Below, piece by piece: positions 62,650 through 64,000 of a stretch of DNA of 64,000 bases. The notes under the pieces are model-generated. The model saw nothing but the letters and a program-made list of their open reading frames with translations. It ran no database searches and was not told the DNA's origin. Location: assembly GCF_963921235.1 (NCBI RefSeq), contig NC_086097.1, positions 34,412,001-34,476,000 of the forward strand. Reading direction: 5' to 3'. The stretch comes from Mobula hypostoma. Taxonomy: Eukaryota. Made by a program: the position numbers and the translations under genes. Each line of letters begins with the position of its first letter. The stretch's first letter is position 1.

Positions 62650-63159
62650 ACATATACTATAAGGTGAGGCATCGCAGGCAACCTCCACTGGAAGATGTGG
62701 ATCATAATGTGTGAGTACAGTGTCTGATGTCACTATTTCCTTTGCCTTTTAGAAAGCCATCTCACACTGTTTTGTCCATTGTCATTTCTTCCAGATCTGT
62801 AGTAATGAGTTCAAGGGGCGGAATAGGATAGTTAGGTTTGGCAGGAACCTATTATAGTGATTGACAAATCCTAAAAGGAAGTGCAACAGTGACATGAACT
62901 TTGGCCTTGAGGCACCCACCACTGCTTGAATTTTCTCAGCACACTTGTGCAATTCTTGTGCATCAATGGTGTAACCACAATGAGTGATGCTTGGTTGAAA
63001 GAATTTACACTTGTCACATCATGCTCTAAGGCCTTAATATTCTAATCTTTTTAACACTGTCTTGAGATTTTTGAGATGTTCTTTATCATCCTTACCAGAT
63101 ACAATGTTGTCATCCAGGTAACACCCTGAGTGTATGGGCAGCCCTGCAGTACCTGGTCC

Positions 63160-64000
63160 ATAAGACCATTAGACCATAAGATATAGGAGCAGAATTAGGC
63201 CATTTGGCCCATCGAGACTGCTCCGCAATTTCATCATGGCTGATCCAATTTTCCTCTCAGTCCCAATCTCCTGTATCCCTTCATGGCCTGACCAATCAGG
63301 GATCTACCAACCTCTGCCTTAAATATACTTAAAGACTTGGCATCCACAGCTTCACCACTCTCTGGCTAAAGAAATTCCTCCTCATTTCCATTTTAAAAGG
63401 ACACCCCACTATTCTGAGGCTGAGTCCTCTGGTCTTAAACTCCCCCACCATAGGAAACATCCTCTCCACATCCACTCTATCAGCATCTTTCATCATTCGA
63501 TAGGTCTTAATGAGGTCACCCCTCATTCTTCTGCATTCTAGTAATCCAGAGCCATCAAACACTCTTCATAAGACAAGCCATTCAATCCTGAAATCATTTC
63601 CATGAAACTCCTGTGAACATTTTCCAGTTTCATCACATCCTTTCTAAGATAAGGGGCCCAAAATTGCTCACAGTGCTCTAAGTGAGGCCTCACCAGTGCT
63701 TTATAAAGTTTCAACATTACATCCTTGCTTTTATATTCTAATCCTTTTGAAATGAATGTTAACATTGCATTTGCCTTCCTCACCACAGGCTCAAACTGCA
63801 AATTAACCTTTAGGGAATCCTGCACAAGGACTCCCAAATCCCTTTGCACCTTAGTTTTTTGTATTTTCTCGCCATTTAGAAAATAGTCAACCCTTTCATT
63901 TCTTCTAACAAAGTCCATGACCATACACTTCCTGATATTGTATCTCATCTGCCATTTCATTGCCCATTCTCCAAATCTGTCTAAGTCCTTCTGTAGCATC
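63160..64000 (-). mobile_element. CR1 LINE 3' portion (runs off the window)
   Basis: LQKDLDRFGEWAMKWQM..LYKALVRPHLEHCEQFWAPY; CR1 tail. Confidence 0.92.

Larger units (their letters stand above)
59374..63160 (-). mobile_element. Decayed Gypsy/Ty3 LTR retrotransposon pol (RT, RNase H, integrase)
   Basis: CYLDDNIVSG (about 63120), CDASPY, AFVSRFLTTVEKSYAQFDRESLSLVWGVKRF, HENADRLSHL, GPFMG, VPEHLVRENG, VERFVQSLK; RT-RH-INT order. Confidence 0.9.

Overview
This is eukaryotic, repeat-dominated DNA, most likely intronic or intergenic sequence from a cartilaginous fish (ray or shark). That assignment is inferred from the repeat mix: abundant CR1 LINEs, V-domain (HE1-like) SINEs, Rex1/Babar LINE ends and Penelope-like elements. 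Most ORF-track entries are broken reverse-transcriptase or transposase fragments, or their antisense shadows. The window holds many 5'-truncated CR1 and Rex1/Babar LINEs, two Tc1 transposons, two mariner MITEs, a hAT MITE, three solo LTRs with target-site duplications (TSDs), a decayed Gypsy element, several SINE families and two minisatellites. It also holds Penelope-like elements whose terminal repeats carry minimal hammerhead ribozyme motifs. No intact mobile-element gene, tRNA, rRNA or CRISPR array was seen. Two non-repeat stretches (about 40.4-40.6 kb and 47.8-48.0 kb) look like host exons, but I cannot identify the gene. The most notable items are the hammerhead motifs, including a 165-bp ribozyme-only unit inserted with a 14-bp TSD, and a minisatellite built from a SINE promoter head. 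I found no convincing evidence of a wholly new biological system. All family assignments come from recognising motifs by eye, not from database searches.
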